The translations under genes were made by a program, and so were the position numbers. The notes beneath the pieces are model-generated. The model saw nothing but the letters and a program-made list of their open reading frames with translations. It was not told the origin of the DNA and ran no database searches. A stretch of 64,000 nt of DNA, taken from contig NC_042998.1 of assembly GCF_006345805.1 (NCBI RefSeq), positions 19,282,001 through 19,346,000 of the forward strand. The letters run 5' to 3'. Positions 39,555 through 54,469 of the stretch are shown here, one piece after another; positions within the stretch are counted from its first letter, which is position 1; every line of letters starts with the position of its first letter. This stretch comes from Octopus sinensis (Eukaryota).

Positions 39555-40735
39555 ATTGTGTTTGTCGACCGGTTTCGCTTTCGCTAATCATGATATTTAA
39601 ATTATTGTAATTTCGTATTTCCTGAAGAAGATTTTAGTCCATGTTGTGTACGGGGGTTTGTCAAAGAAATGAATCAACCGGTAGAAAAATATAAAGGGAG
39701 GTAATTATCGATCGTTATTATTCGGGACAGGGGAGGAAATTGCTCAGTTTTTGAGGAATTGGTTAATAAATATACAAAAACCCAAACGCTAATGTAATGA
39801 GATGAAATATTTACAGTGATGTGTTTGTGAACATGAATTAAAATATTTACTGAGATTTAAGTTCGTTATGCGTTCAAATCTAGTCGCGTTCTGCATTTTG
39901 CGATGATGTTTTTGTATTTAAACGTTCTTGGAAAGAAATTGATCCTTTGCACTGATGGACGAGCAAAAACTGAAGTTTGGTTAGATATTACATGTACATC
40001 TCTCTATGTTCTAACCCAAAGTAATGTGTCTGTACTGTGGTTAACGCACCTGTTCCTTATGTAGCGTGGTTCTCTGTCTAAGTGCCATACTTGTACAACT
40101 TATGTAGTTATATCCACAACTTGAACAAGTTATCACATACATTAGATTTTCAGAAGCACAAGTGAATTTTGTTTTCATTGTGAACATCTAACCCTGTTTG
40201 AATATGAATTCTGAGCCTTCCAACAGTTTGAGATATGTTCCACTGTTTGGATGTCCACATATTTTAACCACATGGTCTTATAGTTGCTGTGTAAAACTTC
40301 ACATTTGTCAGAAGTCTTTTCAGCAATTTGTGTTGCTTTTTGCTTTTGATGAATTTATGTGTTTTTAAAACGTTTCTCATGTTTGGATTCCGACTGAGCA
40401 TAGCTAAATTTTATACAATATTGTTGTATACCTTATTGTTTCTAGCGTTGTGTGTTGATATATATGGTAGTGTTTTGAGATGTGTTTGTGGTGTTACATT
40501 TTGTGTCCCATAGTGATTTACTGCCTAATTTTTTGGCACGCTTAATTCCATCGTCTATAAGTGAGGGTGGATATTGTCTCTTGGTAGGTGTTGTTCTGAG
40601 GTTTTTATAACGGAGGTGCAGGGTATTTCAATCAGACAAAATCCTCTTTACTAAATTGTTTTTGATGTGTTTGGGTGGCATGAGCTAAAATAGAAAGATA
40701 TTGTTTTAGAGTCCGTTAGCTTTTTATAAATGTCA
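39555..40735 (-). mobile_element. Penelope-like element: GIY-YIG endonuclease remnant and degenerate hammerhead
   Basis: CGHPNSGTY..FTCASENLMYVITCSSCGYNYISCTSMALRQRTTLH; AUGAUUA-GC-GAAA-GC-GAAACCGGUC at 39563-39595. Confidence 0.82.
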
Positions 40736-40816
40736 ATTATAATTTATATATAAGCATTGGCGTGCGCGCGCACAAACACACACACACACATATTTTATAC
40801 CTATACATACATATAT

Positions 40817-40883
<67 letters not shown>

Positions 40884-41399
40884 TATACATATATATATAG
40901 GTATGGACATTTGCTTGTGTGTAAAATGTAACATGTTATTGTAGAATATATATCAATATATATATATATAATATATTATATATATATATATTGTATATAT
41001 GTAATGTGTATATACGTATGATATATACACACAAATATATATATATATGTATAGAGGAGAGAGAGAAAGAAGAAAGAGAGAGAGAAAGAGAGAGAGAGTG
41101 ACACACACCACATATACAACGATAATATAACAAGAGGATGGAAAATAACAGACTATACAAAACGTAAATACATACATATATATTATATATATGTATATAT
41201 ATATATATATTATATATATATATATATATATATGTAAATGTAAAGATACACATATAAAGATACACGCCGCATATATCTATATATGCTCATGTATAACTGA
41301 AATGTCAAATCACAAAGAAACAGAGAACCACTGAAATACTGCCCCAACGCCAAGTTACAATGTAAATCCTGCTTTTGAATTTTTATTTCATCTATCTAC

Positions 41400-41800
41400 T
41401 TATTATCGATTTTTAGCTTGTTATTATGAACTTCAAACCAGATCATAGGAATTGTATTGCTTTGATGTGCTATTAAGTTTACGCTTCAAAAGACCAAGTT
41501 GTTTTTGGGTGTGTTCAGCACCTTCGTTATTAAGTGAACTGTGTTGTGTTTGTATAGATATGCGCATTAATACATTCTAGCAATTCTGAAAATTATAATC
41601 AGCACGGTAAGACAGATGTAGGAGGTGGGTTTCTTGGCGGCATGCTTCTGTAGAGACTCAAAAATCTCACATTGGTTTTAGCCCCTAATCAGTTTTAATC
41701 GATCACTACGGTGAAGAAATATATATTTGCTTTCGACACAACTAAGGCGCACTGGTCAATCCTGTTGTCAAGACGACATGATGTCATTTGTGAGGGTTTT
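41400..41800 (+). pseudogene. degraded CTL-like/WSC-like module K
   Basis: NCIAL, LCCVC, KKYIFAFDTTKAHWS..RHDVICEG. Confidence 0.35.
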
Positions 41801-42194
41801 GAATGTTATATCAAGCAATACCATAACAAATAAACGCTGAATATAATGTAAGTGTTCAGAATGATATTACTTTGAAAAAATATGCCACCTTTATCTGTTT
41901 GGAATGTACGAGAACACCTTAATTTCGAGAAGTGTTATTCATATGTTAATAGATATAATTATTAGAGAAAGTAGTGCCTTCCAGCACCGGTAAATAGGCA
42001 GGATTTTTAATTTTACATTTCATATACTTACACGATCAGACTTTACACTCCAGACGTTCTACACGTGCACAATCATAGATATATATATATATATACATAC
42101 ATACATACATACATACATACATACATACATACATACGTACATACATACATATATATATGTGTGTGTGTATGTGTATGTGTCTGTATGTATGTAC

Positions 42195-42233
<39 letters not shown>

Positions 42234-43419
42234 CATGCATACATACATACATACACACATACATACATACATACATACATACATACATACATACATACAT
42301 ACATACATACATACACACTCTTGCTGGCACACTCAAGTCTTTCATGAAGTCGGATAGATGCCGACCCCATATACCAGCCAAGTCTCTGAGTATTTTAAAA
42401 CCTATCACAGTCAAAACCTCTCCACATGTGATACACATTCATTTCGTTGAGACAGACACACAGGCAGAGTGAATCAGAGAGGGAGAGAGAGAGAGAGAGA
42501 GAGAGAAGAATGAAGCGCCGCAAAGAATTGGTATGTTGCTTATTGACTTAAAGGATGAAATGTAAAGTTGCTCTATAGGAGTGTGTCTGTGTGTGTGTGT
42601 TTGTGTGTGCGTGTATATGTGTGTATGTGTGAGGCGTGTATGGAGAGAGAGAGAGGGAGAGAGAGTGATTTGTGAATGAATAGTACTATCTTTGTATATC
42701 TGAGCAAAATATTTAATAATCAAGAACTCAGCATATACCCAGTGATATAAATTTCCGAATATGTGAGTAAACCAAACGCTAATAATGATGGATCTCAAAT
42801 TATAAAAAAAGATGATGAATGTTCCTCCTGATACTGTGTAAGGCATCAAAAGCATTCGATGTCTAATCATCGTATCTGTGCTGAACTACAGGCAGTTACG
42901 TGTTTTTTTAAGCGTCACACCATATAGAGACGTTTTTCCTATACCAACAGGTGATGCATTCATATGGACGCGGAAGCGGCATAGGAACGAAGTACTTACT
43001 CTATATCAAACGCAGAAATAACGACTGACATAATAGTGTTGGGAAAATGTATTTAGAATTATCGCTTGGTAGAATATAGTCATTTGGATCAAGTAACAAC
43101 ATTTGCCCCTATATAAGGATTAGACATATAAGGAATACATGAAACTTGAGAGAATATATCGTCTCATCTAAGTGAGAGTACGTACCAGCTGAGCTATTCG
43201 ATTCAAAGATGGTATACCTTGAGGTGCAGATAAATTGATCACTGAGTGGAAATCTAAGGATCCCAAACTTTTACTCTCTTGTGTAAATATATTGATTCCA
43301 TCATATTTAATTATTTTCGGAGCTTTGCTTTATTTCCTGACGTTAACAAGAATATTTGCCAAAAGCCCCATTGCGGAAATATCGCATTGGTAGACCGTAG
43401 AAGTATGCAGTGGGTATTG

Positions 43420-43730
43420 AAATCTATCTTATTGAATTACAAAACTTGGAAGATTCGAAGGAAAATTTTAAATGCCTCTCACAGCTGGCTTCTTTTCAAA
43501 GCAGACCATTTTATCAATTGGTTTAATCATTACAAAGTAATACCAAGGCGATATAATGCTCAAATGTGTTTTAAATGGTTTTAATGACCTGGATTAAAAT
43601 TAGATGTTTCACCGAGCTCTGCAATTTTAGTAGCATGGTTTATTAAAACTGTTGTTTAATACGAATCAATAAAACCGATGTTTTGTGCTCGTCAATTAGG
43701 TGCGTTTTAAGATATTTAGATATTGCCTTA
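43420..43730 (+). pseudogene. degraded CTL-like/WSC-like module E
   Basis: LLNYKTWKIRRK..WLLF, then W..KL(C)LIRINKTDVLCSSIRCVLRY, matching KLCNIK..KCVIRY of module A. Confidence 0.45.
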
Positions 43731-44329
43731 GTTGAGTCCAAATCGAATAGACTTATGATTATGCACATTCTTACTATGACTTTCACCCCTCATTTTAGAG
43801 GATGACAAATTATATTATTTTGTGTTCCCTTTCTTAGAGACGCTTTGTTTTTTTTTTTTGTTTTTTTTGGAGGGTGGAGACAATATTGTTTCAGTCACAT
43901 CGATCCATTATATCGTGACTAACTTTTCGCTCTTATCTAGTACTTCTGTATGATAAAATGGTATCAGATTTGCCATACAAACTAGCAGAGTATTCAGTAT
44001 TGAATTTATAATGTGACTAAAATTATTAGGTGTCTGCATTTGCTTCATGTATTCACTAATGCATTTACTGATTGATTGTTTAAATAAAAATCCACTCTGA
44101 AAAATATAGAAAAAAAAATTGTATTGAATAATTGCATGACAACCATTTCTAAATTCTATTATTTTACAACTGGCTTTCCTGAAATATTTAACCAGCTAAT
44201 ATTGATTTTAACATGATAAAAGAATGAAAATGAAAACGCGAGGCAGCACAAAATGGTACTGCTTCAATTATTTTGTCAAATTTATTCTGTGTTGGCGTCA
44301 GTTTAACATGTCAACGACTAAAAAATCCA

Positions 44330-44620
44330 AACAATCGCTGTTAATGGAGTTAGCAAGAAGTTTGCGATATGAAATTAGACTTTCTGACGTAATTAGTGCT
44401 GCTCTCGCGTCTCTTAGATGTACACAAGAATAAGATATTAAATCCAGGCATTTACATCTTCTTTGCTATACTACAGAAGAAAGGTTATGGGTTTCGATCG
44501 ACTGATCTTCAATAAAATAACAGCCATCAAAGCCTTTCAATTTTTGTGTTATATTATCCTTCTTTTTTTTTTTCGTTTTGTTGTTAGGTTTTCATTAATT
44601 GTATGCTATATTAAGTAAAC
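44330..44620 (+). pseudogene. possible module F
   Basis: W/ELARS, RLWVS, FLCYII, NCMLY* in the expected order. Confidence 0.28.
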
Positions 44621-45185
44621 AAAATCCAAACTGCGTGGGTATCTTTTCATATATATACACAAACACACACAGACACATATTACATCTCGCTGTTCTCTTA
44701 AATGCTCTGCAGTCATTAGAGAGTAAAACATCGATACAGACTGCGTAGGTCTTCTTATAAAACTGCAGTTTCAAAGGGAAAAAATCTATAAAGAATACGT
44801 TAGATTTAAAGGATTAAAGAAAACGGTGCTCTGTTAAGAGCGGGGAAAATCCTTTTGTGCTTGCAGCTCTTTAGATCTCTAAATTAGAAAGAGCAAATTA
44901 CAAAACTCAAAAAAAATTAGAAACCTGAAAAGCAAATCAATAAAAAAATGGTGCTTAACTCTTAAGGACGTTAGTGTACCAAAATAAATGTCTTGCGAAA
45001 ATGTCCACCCATTTGTAACATAATGAGCTAAGATCCCAGTGAGGGCGATTGAATAACGTACAATCAACTGTGTCGAGTTGAATCAACTATGTCGAGTTGT
45101 AGGTTCCTGGTTCCTGTCAGTGCTCGATTTTTATTGCATTGGAATAAATATTAGGGCATTCCCTGTTTTTAATGATTACATCACA

Positions 45186-46132
45186 CATGCGTTATTTTAT
45201 TACGGCACCGAAAGTTCTAATTTCAACTAGCATTAAACTGGACTTGTCTTAAATCGAAATAAAGACATTAAAACATAACATTCGTAATGCCAACTTAAAA
45301 TGGAGGAGCAACCACCATTCGCACAAAATGCGCTAAACTAGATATTTAATGAATGCGACATGCCCAGAAAGTAATGAACAGCCTTTTGATAACAAGGTTC
45401 TAATTTTACATGGTGTTAGATAATCCTTCCTCTAAAGTAAAATCGTTTTATTTTTTTACTGCCGACAAATAATTGTTTCCAAACAAAAATAACCTGCCAT
45501 CATTGAGCCGTCAACGATGATGGGGTGCAGACTGCCCGGCATCCTCAAAGGCCACTGTCAGTTATGGCGGTAATCTCATTGGCAAGAACATTATAGATAA
45601 ATGGATGAAGTTATTTCAAGACAAAGTTGATGAAAAACCACGTACTGAAAGTTAATAAATTACAACCACTAACACGAATACCAGCGAAAGGATGAATTGA
45701 TCCCAGCAGATGTAGGAATCGCCATCCTCGAGCTTATTACTCAGTTCCAATTTGATTACAAAGTATTAAAGAAGGTATTGAAATTCACTGGATATTTGAA
45801 TGTGAATACAAGGTAGAAATATGAGTATCACACACCTTACTTCAAGGAGGGAAGTGGTGAGATGTACTCTTATCTGCTGGATGCATTCGAAGCCTATCAA
45901 AAATATATTTAGTTTTCGGACTTGTTATCAAAAGACTGTTCCTTACTTTCTGGGCATATCGCATTCATTAAATATCTAGTTTAGCGCATTTTGTGCGAAT
46001 GGTGGTTGCCCTTTCATTTTAATTTGGCATTACGAATGTTATGGTTTAATGTCTTTGTTTCGATTTAAGACAAGTCCAGTTTAATGCTAGCTGAAATTAG
46101 GACTTTCGGTGCCGTAATAAAATAAATCATGT
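45186..46132. mobile_element. non-autonomous TIR element with ~205-bp terminal inverted repeats
   Basis: 45192-45396 is a close reverse complement of 45921-46125. Confidence 0.85.
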
Positions 46133-46771
46133 ATTCGGTAAACTGTACTGGAATGAGATACAAAATTTCAATACCAGCGATGGATTCTTCAGCTATGTTC
46201 AGAAGCATAATCCGGTTTGTCTTTGGAGTGCAGAATACAAAAGAAACAGTTAGGGTGAAATCTAGAGGCTTCCACTTGTTTCAAATTCATAATCACATTA
46301 GGCTGTTTGTTAGCTTTTTAGCTTCCGATCAGCCCTATACCAAGACGTAATATGAAACGTGTTAATAAGACGCACTGAAGTCTAATTCATTCAATGTATC
46401 CATTTCTTCGTTCATGAAATTAGAATGTAGATTGATGTACATTTAGCTGCTATTACTCTCAGATTGATGTACATTTAGCTGATATTACTCTCAGAGTGAG
46501 CAAAGCTTAGAAATTGAATGGGTTATGTTTGAGAAAGTAACTTTAGAATAATATGACGTTCGTGAATTGAGAATAATCTCGAATGAATTTAATACCATTA
46601 GTTCAACATAAGTTGAAAATTCGTACATACGCATGACAACTGCAGATTTTAGATATTGGGTTTTGAAACTCAAATGGCCTATTGGGAAATAAATAAGCTA
46701 AATGCTTTCAAATACATCAGTCTGTTCTATATTTTAGAAATGAGGAATTCTTTCTCTCTTTCTCTCTCCCC

Positions 46772-46817
<46 letters not shown>

Positions 46818-46818
<1 letters not shown>

Positions 46819-47175
46819 ATAAACTTAATATGTTTGTATCCTTCCTTAATACCAGTTCCCATATTCTGCTCATATCTGCACTATGTCTGCTTACGCGGCT
46901 ATTGTGCCCTAGCATATGTGCTGTCTCTTCCAGCTTTCGTATTTTGTGGTAATATTCTCTCTCGATTATTTTAACTTCATCCTACAGAGGAGAGTAGTTT
47001 CCGTTTTTCCATACATGATCGGCTATACCCGAGTTTTCAACATCTCGTCGTGATACAGCTTTACGATGTTCCTCTACCCTTATTTTGAGTGAGCAGCATA
47101 TTTCGCCATTGTATATCCTATCACAACTGTATGGGATGGAGTACACGCTTTCTTTGATCATATTCCCTTCTATTG
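46818..47175 (-). mobile_element. Penelope-like GIY-YIG endonuclease fragment
   Basis: VYSIPYSCDRIYNGEICCSLKIRVEEHRKAV..SGIADHVW..RKLEE. Confidence 0.85.
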
Positions 47176-47699
47176 TAAATAATGAAAATAAAATGCTTCA
47201 TTCGTTTTAATTGTAGCATCAATATGGTTGGGCGAGGGGTATTATCTAATCATGTCCCGCTGCAATTCTCACAAACAAGTACATGATTTTTAAAAGTGAT
47301 GTTACATGCATTAAAAACACAGTGCATGCTGGGAACAATTTTACGGTTTAACCTTTAACATTTTGAATTTTTATTAAACCAGGCTCGTTCCTATATTGCA
47401 GGTATAAATCAATAGGTTGCATTATTTTAATATTTCATATTACAAACTGATTGTAACAAAATAAAATGGCGTTCATCGTTATTATGGCTTTGCGTACTCT
47501 TTCCATCGAATATGAATCCGAATCTTACACATTCACACATCCATACACACTCCGCACACACACACACACATGCGCACACACAAACATGCATTCGTATATA
47601 TATGTAAATAACTAGCAACTTTTAGCGGAAACTGTTATATTTAGTCAATATGTAACATGCTGTATATTACATGCTGTGTGTTTGAGAGAGTGTGTGTAT

Positions 47700-47917
47700 A
47701 CTCTTTTACTCTTTCGTTTGTTTCAGTCATTTGACTGTGGCGGTGCTGGAGCACCACCTTTAGTCGAGGAAATCGACCCCAGGACTTATTCTTTGTAAGC
47801 CTGGTACTTATTCTATTGGTGTCAAACCGCTAAGTTACGGGAACGTAAACACACCAGCATCGATTGTCAAGCGATGTTGAGGGGACAAACACAGACACAC
47901 AAGCATATACATACACG

Positions 47918-47997
<80 letters not shown>

Positions 47998-48160
47998 GCA
48001 TACCTATATACGACGGGTTTCTTTCATTTGCCATCTACCAAATGCACTCACAGAGCTTTGGTCGTCCAGAGGCTATAGTAGAAGACACTTACTCCAGGTG
48101 CCACGCAATGGGATTGAACCCGGAACTATGTGGTAAGCAAGCTAGTTACCACACAGCCAC
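47700..48160 (-). mobile_element. SINE family 1
   Basis: Reverse complement of the 4455/22555 family. Confidence 0.88.
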
Positions 48161-49003
48161 TATAAATATGTGTTTTGCATGCGTATGCGTGTGTATGCCT
48201 GTATGCATGTGAATGTGTATTTGCTTTCTGTCTTACATCGTTAGAAAAACAAAAGTAAAACGTAAAAGGAAGAAAACCAAGGAAAATTTGAAACATCGAA
48301 GGAAACCATTTTGAAAGTGGTGACGAGAACAAATAAATTCTACAAAAATAACACGATAAGAAATAATTATCTATGTCAGAAGTTTGGCAAATTTCCATCT
48401 TCGGGGCTCATACAAAACTATTTAAAATAACTAACATCTGAAACGTATATGAAGAGTAGTAACGAGGATTTGAATTGAAGATGGCAGCAGAGGAAAATCT
48501 CTAATCTTCTCTCGACGTACTGGAAGTAGAATATCCTACTTGAGTTGACACGTATTGACGTCACTATATATATTAGCTTTCTCAAATGACCATCCCTTTA
48601 TCTGCCTATGTCCACACATAACTTATACATATATGGATTAGCGACCTCTCTAAATCAGCAGTATCCTACTCACGGAAAGGACACGCATGCTAGTGCAGAG
48701 AGACCTACATCGATGAATATATGGATATATGCACACATATGTACAAAGTTCTGTGTGTGCGTATGCGCGTGTGTATAGGCGTCTACATAAGCGTGCTTGA
48801 ATATATCTATATGTATACATCATATATGTGTGTGTGCATATATATATATATGTTTACGTATACATATATGTGTGTATGTGTGTGTGCCTTTGTGTGTGTT
48901 ATATATGTGTGTATATATATATTGATGTATATATATACGCTTATACGGATATGCCTCTATTTCACTTCCTGCATCTGCCTCTCTCTCTCTATCTATCCAT
49001 CAA

Positions 49004-49037
<34 letters not shown>

Positions 49038-49042
49038 TTGAT

Positions 49043-49080
<38 letters not shown>

Positions 49081-49081
49081 T

Positions 49082-49112
<31 letters not shown>

Positions 49113-49253
49113 GATAGATGGATATATATAATATATAATATATATTATATATATATATACATATATATAAATGTATGTTTTATATATGCATATATATGTT
49201 ATATATATATGCATGTATATATATTTATACAAACTCACACACTACACACAAAT

Positions 49254-49293
<40 letters not shown>

Positions 49294-50029
49294 CATCCTA
49301 CTGCATGATAGGTTTATCCGTGTGTATGCCTATGTGCATCACCGTTACATCTATCTATGTACATAGTTTCTTTACCAGCATCACATGTGTCTAATCTTAT
49401 TTATAGAGTTCATCATATGATTACATTCATTTCCATTCCCATTGTCTGTGTCAAACTCTCACATTTACCCAATCAATTAATTTGGACACTTACCTTTTTT
49501 TGTTTTATCCTGTTAAAACTCTATAGCTTTCTCCCCATCGTATTGTTTTCACGCTTGTTTGTTTGCTTTATATATCTTAGATTTTTTTTTCTCTTATCTT
49601 CTTATTTGTCATTCTGGCAGTTTTTTTTTTCCGAAGCCGAAGATACTTCTATTTTACTCAAGCTTTGCAGAATTTTCAATTTTTCTTTCTTACTTTTTTT
49701 AATGTTTTATCTTGTTATCTGCCTTCTGTTAACGTGTATACATCAATACGTGCTTTCTCTCACTTGTAATATATGTTCAGCTCGTCAGCAGTCAGAAGTA
49801 CATAAACATGAAAAAGAAGAAAAGAAAACATACTAGTCAACTAAAGGCACACAAAATCGCAACAAACGAACCAAACGAAGGAGACCAATGCTTATGTTCA
49901 CATTGATCTAAAACGCGATTATACTAAATACGGCGTTTTTAACATTTAAGTTTAAACAGAAAGAAATACATGTGTAATCTATGTATAGTCACAAATACAT
50001 GCATCCTACGATATAATCATGCTTATCTA

Positions 50030-50680
50030 CGTTTAAAATCGATAGTATGTAGGTTTGAATATTTCTTTTATTCCCTTCATCAGAAGCGTAGACGTAATAG
50101 TACTAATGACCTTTTAATACTTTTGAAAGCGGTACTAAGTTTGGACATCAAAAGTTTATTTCCAGAAGGTAAATGTGAAAAGGACATGTGTTCTACGGGG
50201 TTGAATTTATAGGGCGAAATATTGTGATGAAAAGTATAAAAAGTATTTCGTACGAACTCTAACGTTGAGATATTGCTGAGAAGAGGACAAAAAACTATAA
50301 TCAAGTGAGACTAGTTGGATTGTTGGATTTTAAGTAATTGTAGAATTTAGCATGGCTTTTGCCATTTTGCAGAATAGATATAGAAAGTGCAATCAGTGGT
50401 AGTAATTACAAGTTATAGAGTTTTCAAGAGTGAAAATTTCTTAAGCTGAGATCTTGTTGGTTTTGTTTGCTGTGCAGATTCCAGGTTATATATGTGGCGG
50501 TTGCATAATCGGAGAGATGTTAGTAGTACAAAAGCATGATTTAAACGTTTACAAAGCACTGAGATTGCAATTGCTCGAAATTAATGTGTGTTATAGCTCC
50601 GATAAAGGTCTTTTGTAAATGGGTAGTCATGATGCAAATTGTATAAGCTCGATACTATGACTGCGTGAAAACCAACTCTG
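50030..50680 (+). pseudogene. degraded CTL-like/WSC-like module G
   Basis: STGLNL*GEIL*, RLVGLL..SNC, GYICGG (WSC-like CGG), LMCVIAPIKVFCKWVV..ANC. Confidence 0.4.
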
Positions 50681-50814
50681 TGGCAACATTGAAGAATGCA
50701 GTAGGGCAAGCTTGAAATTCTTTATTGATAAACACTCTTACACACACACAGAGTCATACATACACACACACATACGTATATATATATATACTCTTTTCTC
50801 TTTTTACTCTTTTT

Positions 50815-51427
50815 TTTTCGGGGTCTATAAAATGAGTACCAGTTGAATACTGGTGTCGATGTAATCGACTTAACCCCTTTCCTTGAATTTTCTGGCCTCG
50901 TGCCGAAATTTGAGATCATTACTCTTTACTCTTTTACTTCTTTCAGTCATTTGACTGTAGCCATGCTGGAGCACCGCCTAGGACTTATTCTTTGTAAGCC
51001 TATTCTATTGGTCTCTTTTGTAAGCCTATTTTATTGGTCTCTTTTGTAAGCCTATTCTATTGGTCTCTTTTGCCGAACAGCTAATTTACGGGGACGTAAA
51101 CACACCTCTATCGGTTGTCAAGCGATGTGGCGGTGGGGACAAACACAGACACACAAACACAAACCCATATATATACGTATACATTTATGCGACGGGCTTC
51201 TTGCAGTTTCCGTCTAACAAATCCACTCACAAGACTTGTACATGGTCGCATGTAGGTACATGTTGGTAAGATCCAAATGTACAACGGGGACTGAGATGTT
51301 GTTTCTCTTTCTCTCCAAAACGACGTACAACATACTTGCCCAAGGTGCCACACAGTGGGACTGAACCCGGAACAATGTGGTTGGTAAGCAAGCTAATACC
51401 TACTTACCACACAGCCACTCCTGCGCC
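50815..51427 (-). mobile_element. SINE family 1 (minus) with an internal ~21-bp triplication, next to a family 2 fragment
   Basis: Shared motifs; CTTTGTAAGCCTATTCTATTGGTCT-like unit repeated at 50990-51070. Confidence 0.8.
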
Positions 51428-51467
<40 letters not shown>

Positions 51468-51484
51468 GACACACACACACACAT

Positions 51485-51537
<53 letters not shown>

Positions 51538-51794
51538 TATATACATATATGTATATACATATATATATAGACAAATATACAGATACAAATATGGTATGGT
51601 AGGTAAATAGGAAATCATATAAAGACATCGATAATTAGATAAATATGGGAACACTGACACTGGCCTGTAATACCACAGAGCTTACAACAAAACCAGCTAG
51701 ATCTCCAGTTAAGAAATGTTCACTTTTGAAGACTCTATAAGTTGTAATTACCACTGACTGCACTTTCTATATCTATTCTGCAAAATGGCAAAAG

Positions 51795-51942
51795 CCATGT
51801 GTGTTTACGTCTCCGTAACTTAGCGGTTCGGCAAAAGTGACGAATAGAATAAGTACTAAGCTTGCAAAGAATAAGTTCTGGCTACAGTAAAATGACTGAA
51901 ACAAGTAAAAGAGTAAAGAGAGACCGAAACAAGTAAAAGAGT
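51795..51942 (+). mobile_element. SINE family 1 tail fragment
   Basis: GTAACTTAGCGGTTCGGCAAAAG..ATGACTGAAACAAGTAAAAGAG. Confidence 0.75.
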
Positions 51943-52649
51943 ATATATGTATGTATGTATGTGTGTGTATATGTAACTCTGTGTGTGTGTATTTTAAGCT
52001 TGGTGAGTATGTATAATTTGCCTTGAGAATATTTAGCCAACTTCGTTTCCTTCTCTTCAATCAGATTTTCGCTAGTCTTCAAGAAAAACCATGTAGAGAA
52101 TATAATTAATGGCATGCAAGTATTATGAGGTATAAGTATATATTTCATCATATGCAATTAATCAATTGGTTACCTAGCAAATCCATTAATGTTTCTGAAA
52201 CCGTTGTCCAAATACAAATTCAGATATATTGTGTTATTCTGATGGGAAAAGTGAGTTTGAATGAAATGGCGTTAGTTATAACTAATTACAGTTTCCAGTT
52301 TAATAAAGTGCAATATTCCACACGTAGAGAGCGTAATTATTAGCGATATGTCTGTTCATTATTTATATCCCGCTCAAATTAGTTATGCAACGGAAAATTG
52401 TAAATGACTCGTCCAGATACGGGTGGTGTTCATTTTATATATATATGTGTGTGTGTTTGTGAGAGAGTATAGGGCACGAGTGTCTCTGTTTGTGTACACA
52501 AAATGCAACAGTAATCCACCACGTCGTTTTGGAGACAAGCAGAAATAACATCTCATTCCCCCGTTGTACATTTGGATCTTACAAACATGTATCTACATGC
52601 GACCCGCCAACACCTCAAAACTGCATGGGGTACTATCTGAGTATCACCA

Positions 52650-54150
52650 AAATTAGTCAGACTCATAGTGTCATATATTGATTCGCTGATAATGAGGTTC
52701 ATCGAGGGAAATTTCACCATATAATGGCAGAAACGTGAAGAGGGCATTACGGCAGGGTATGCAATATCACGCGTGCTAATAATGGCGATTGCGAACGTAA
52801 GGTGAAAGCTAGAGTTGAGAAACTGACGAAACTGTGTATGGCCCTCATGGAAGACATAAAGGTTATGACGTATGCACGAAAAAGGGTTCTGTAGACACTG
52901 CACTTGCTGGAAAAGATTGTCACATAGTTACGCATGATGTTCAAGGCAATGAAATCTTGGAGCTTCGATATGTTCATAGCAATGCTGACAAATATTTAAC
53001 ATTCGGGGTTCTGTGCTTCCATCAACCCAATGCAAAGGAGACCGACGCCTCGGAGAAAATTACCCCCATATCCACACGTTTATTGGCAATACCGAAATAA
53101 CTAACCCCCAGCAGAACAATTGACTTAAGGCAATTTATAAGAGCCTACTTCTTGGAAATTTCAAAGAATGATATCTTCCTGTACAGCATCATTTTAAGAA
53201 TGCAATTGCCACATTTACTTTACAACATTGCCACAACTTGGATAAAGAAAATGTTGAGCCTGTGCAGCAAATTCGTATACGATGGCTGAAATTGCCGCCA
53301 ACATTCAGTTCAGTGAAAGTTTACAGCAAGCTCTACCTGCCAGTTATATCAGACTTCCCAGCCTTAAAGGCTAGCGCACTTAGCATGTTGCTTGTCTCTG
53401 AGTATGAGAGAATTAGAAACATGAACAAGATCATAAAGTGCTGCTGAAGGAAGAAGCCGAAGGAAGCTTTGGAGGATGCAAAAGCATCCTGAAGATACAA
53501 GGTGATTCTTGGAGAAGTCGGTTAACGATGGCTAGGACTCGGCAACTCCATTGCTTAGTGGTGGATAAACACCAGTATTATGATCAAGATAGATCTCATA
53601 GTGCACAGAATCCGACATACAACACATGCGGATTACCGGGTGGCGGCAAGAAGGCTTACCCAACATGGACAATAGATAAAGTCGGACCAGGGACTCGGGC
53701 GCAAACCTGTCTTGGACGAAACTCTGGAAACTCTTGGACGAAACGCTGATCAGAGAAGATTGTCCTGCGTTCTTAATGCTGTCGAGGACCGGTTGACAGC
53801 ACCAAATAATCTTAAAATATGTAGCAAAGATGAAAGCACATCCTAAGGTACTGAAGAGATACTCATTGCTCTCTGAGGCACAATCTGTCTGGTTCCATAA
53901 GGTATTCTATGAAGGCCGGGATAACTGCTGGTATGACAAGGTCCTTGCTGAAATCACCAACTGCATTGATCTGCAAAGGTTTAAGTCTAACAAACGTTAG
54001 TCTGCACCATCAGCAAATGATGTACTTCCTAACGTGGAAAGAACATTTGCTTCAGAAGCTGTCTCTGGAGAAATTTCTCCTTATATTCGAGCATATGTCG
54101 TCATTGAATGGATACGAGATATATTTATTGTTGAAGTTACATTGATTTTC
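52650..54150 (+). mobile_element. degraded Hero-like RLE LINE (post-RT region)
   Basis: RWLKLPPTFSSVKVYSKLYLP, NLSWTKLWK, VLNAVEDRLTAPNNLK. Confidence 0.55.
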
Positions 54151-54469
54151 TTTTCTTTTTTTAAAATGAACTACTTTTGCCCAAAATTGCTATAGGTAAA
54201 TGTGAGAACATTATTTTTTTATAATATACATATAGAGTGCTCAGTGAAGGGATTCATATTGTGGCGATTCAAACAAGCCGACGTTGTTCCCAGAGGAAAA
54301 ATGCAAAACAAACAGCAAGTCTCTGTGATATCCTAGTGCAGCGGTTCCCAACCGTTTCACAATGGTTCCCAACAGTGATTCCCAACTCTTTTATTTAAAT
54401 GAGATTTCCTACGGATCCATTTTAATATGCTTATCCTTATGTGTTTATATATATGTAAAGAACTTTTTC

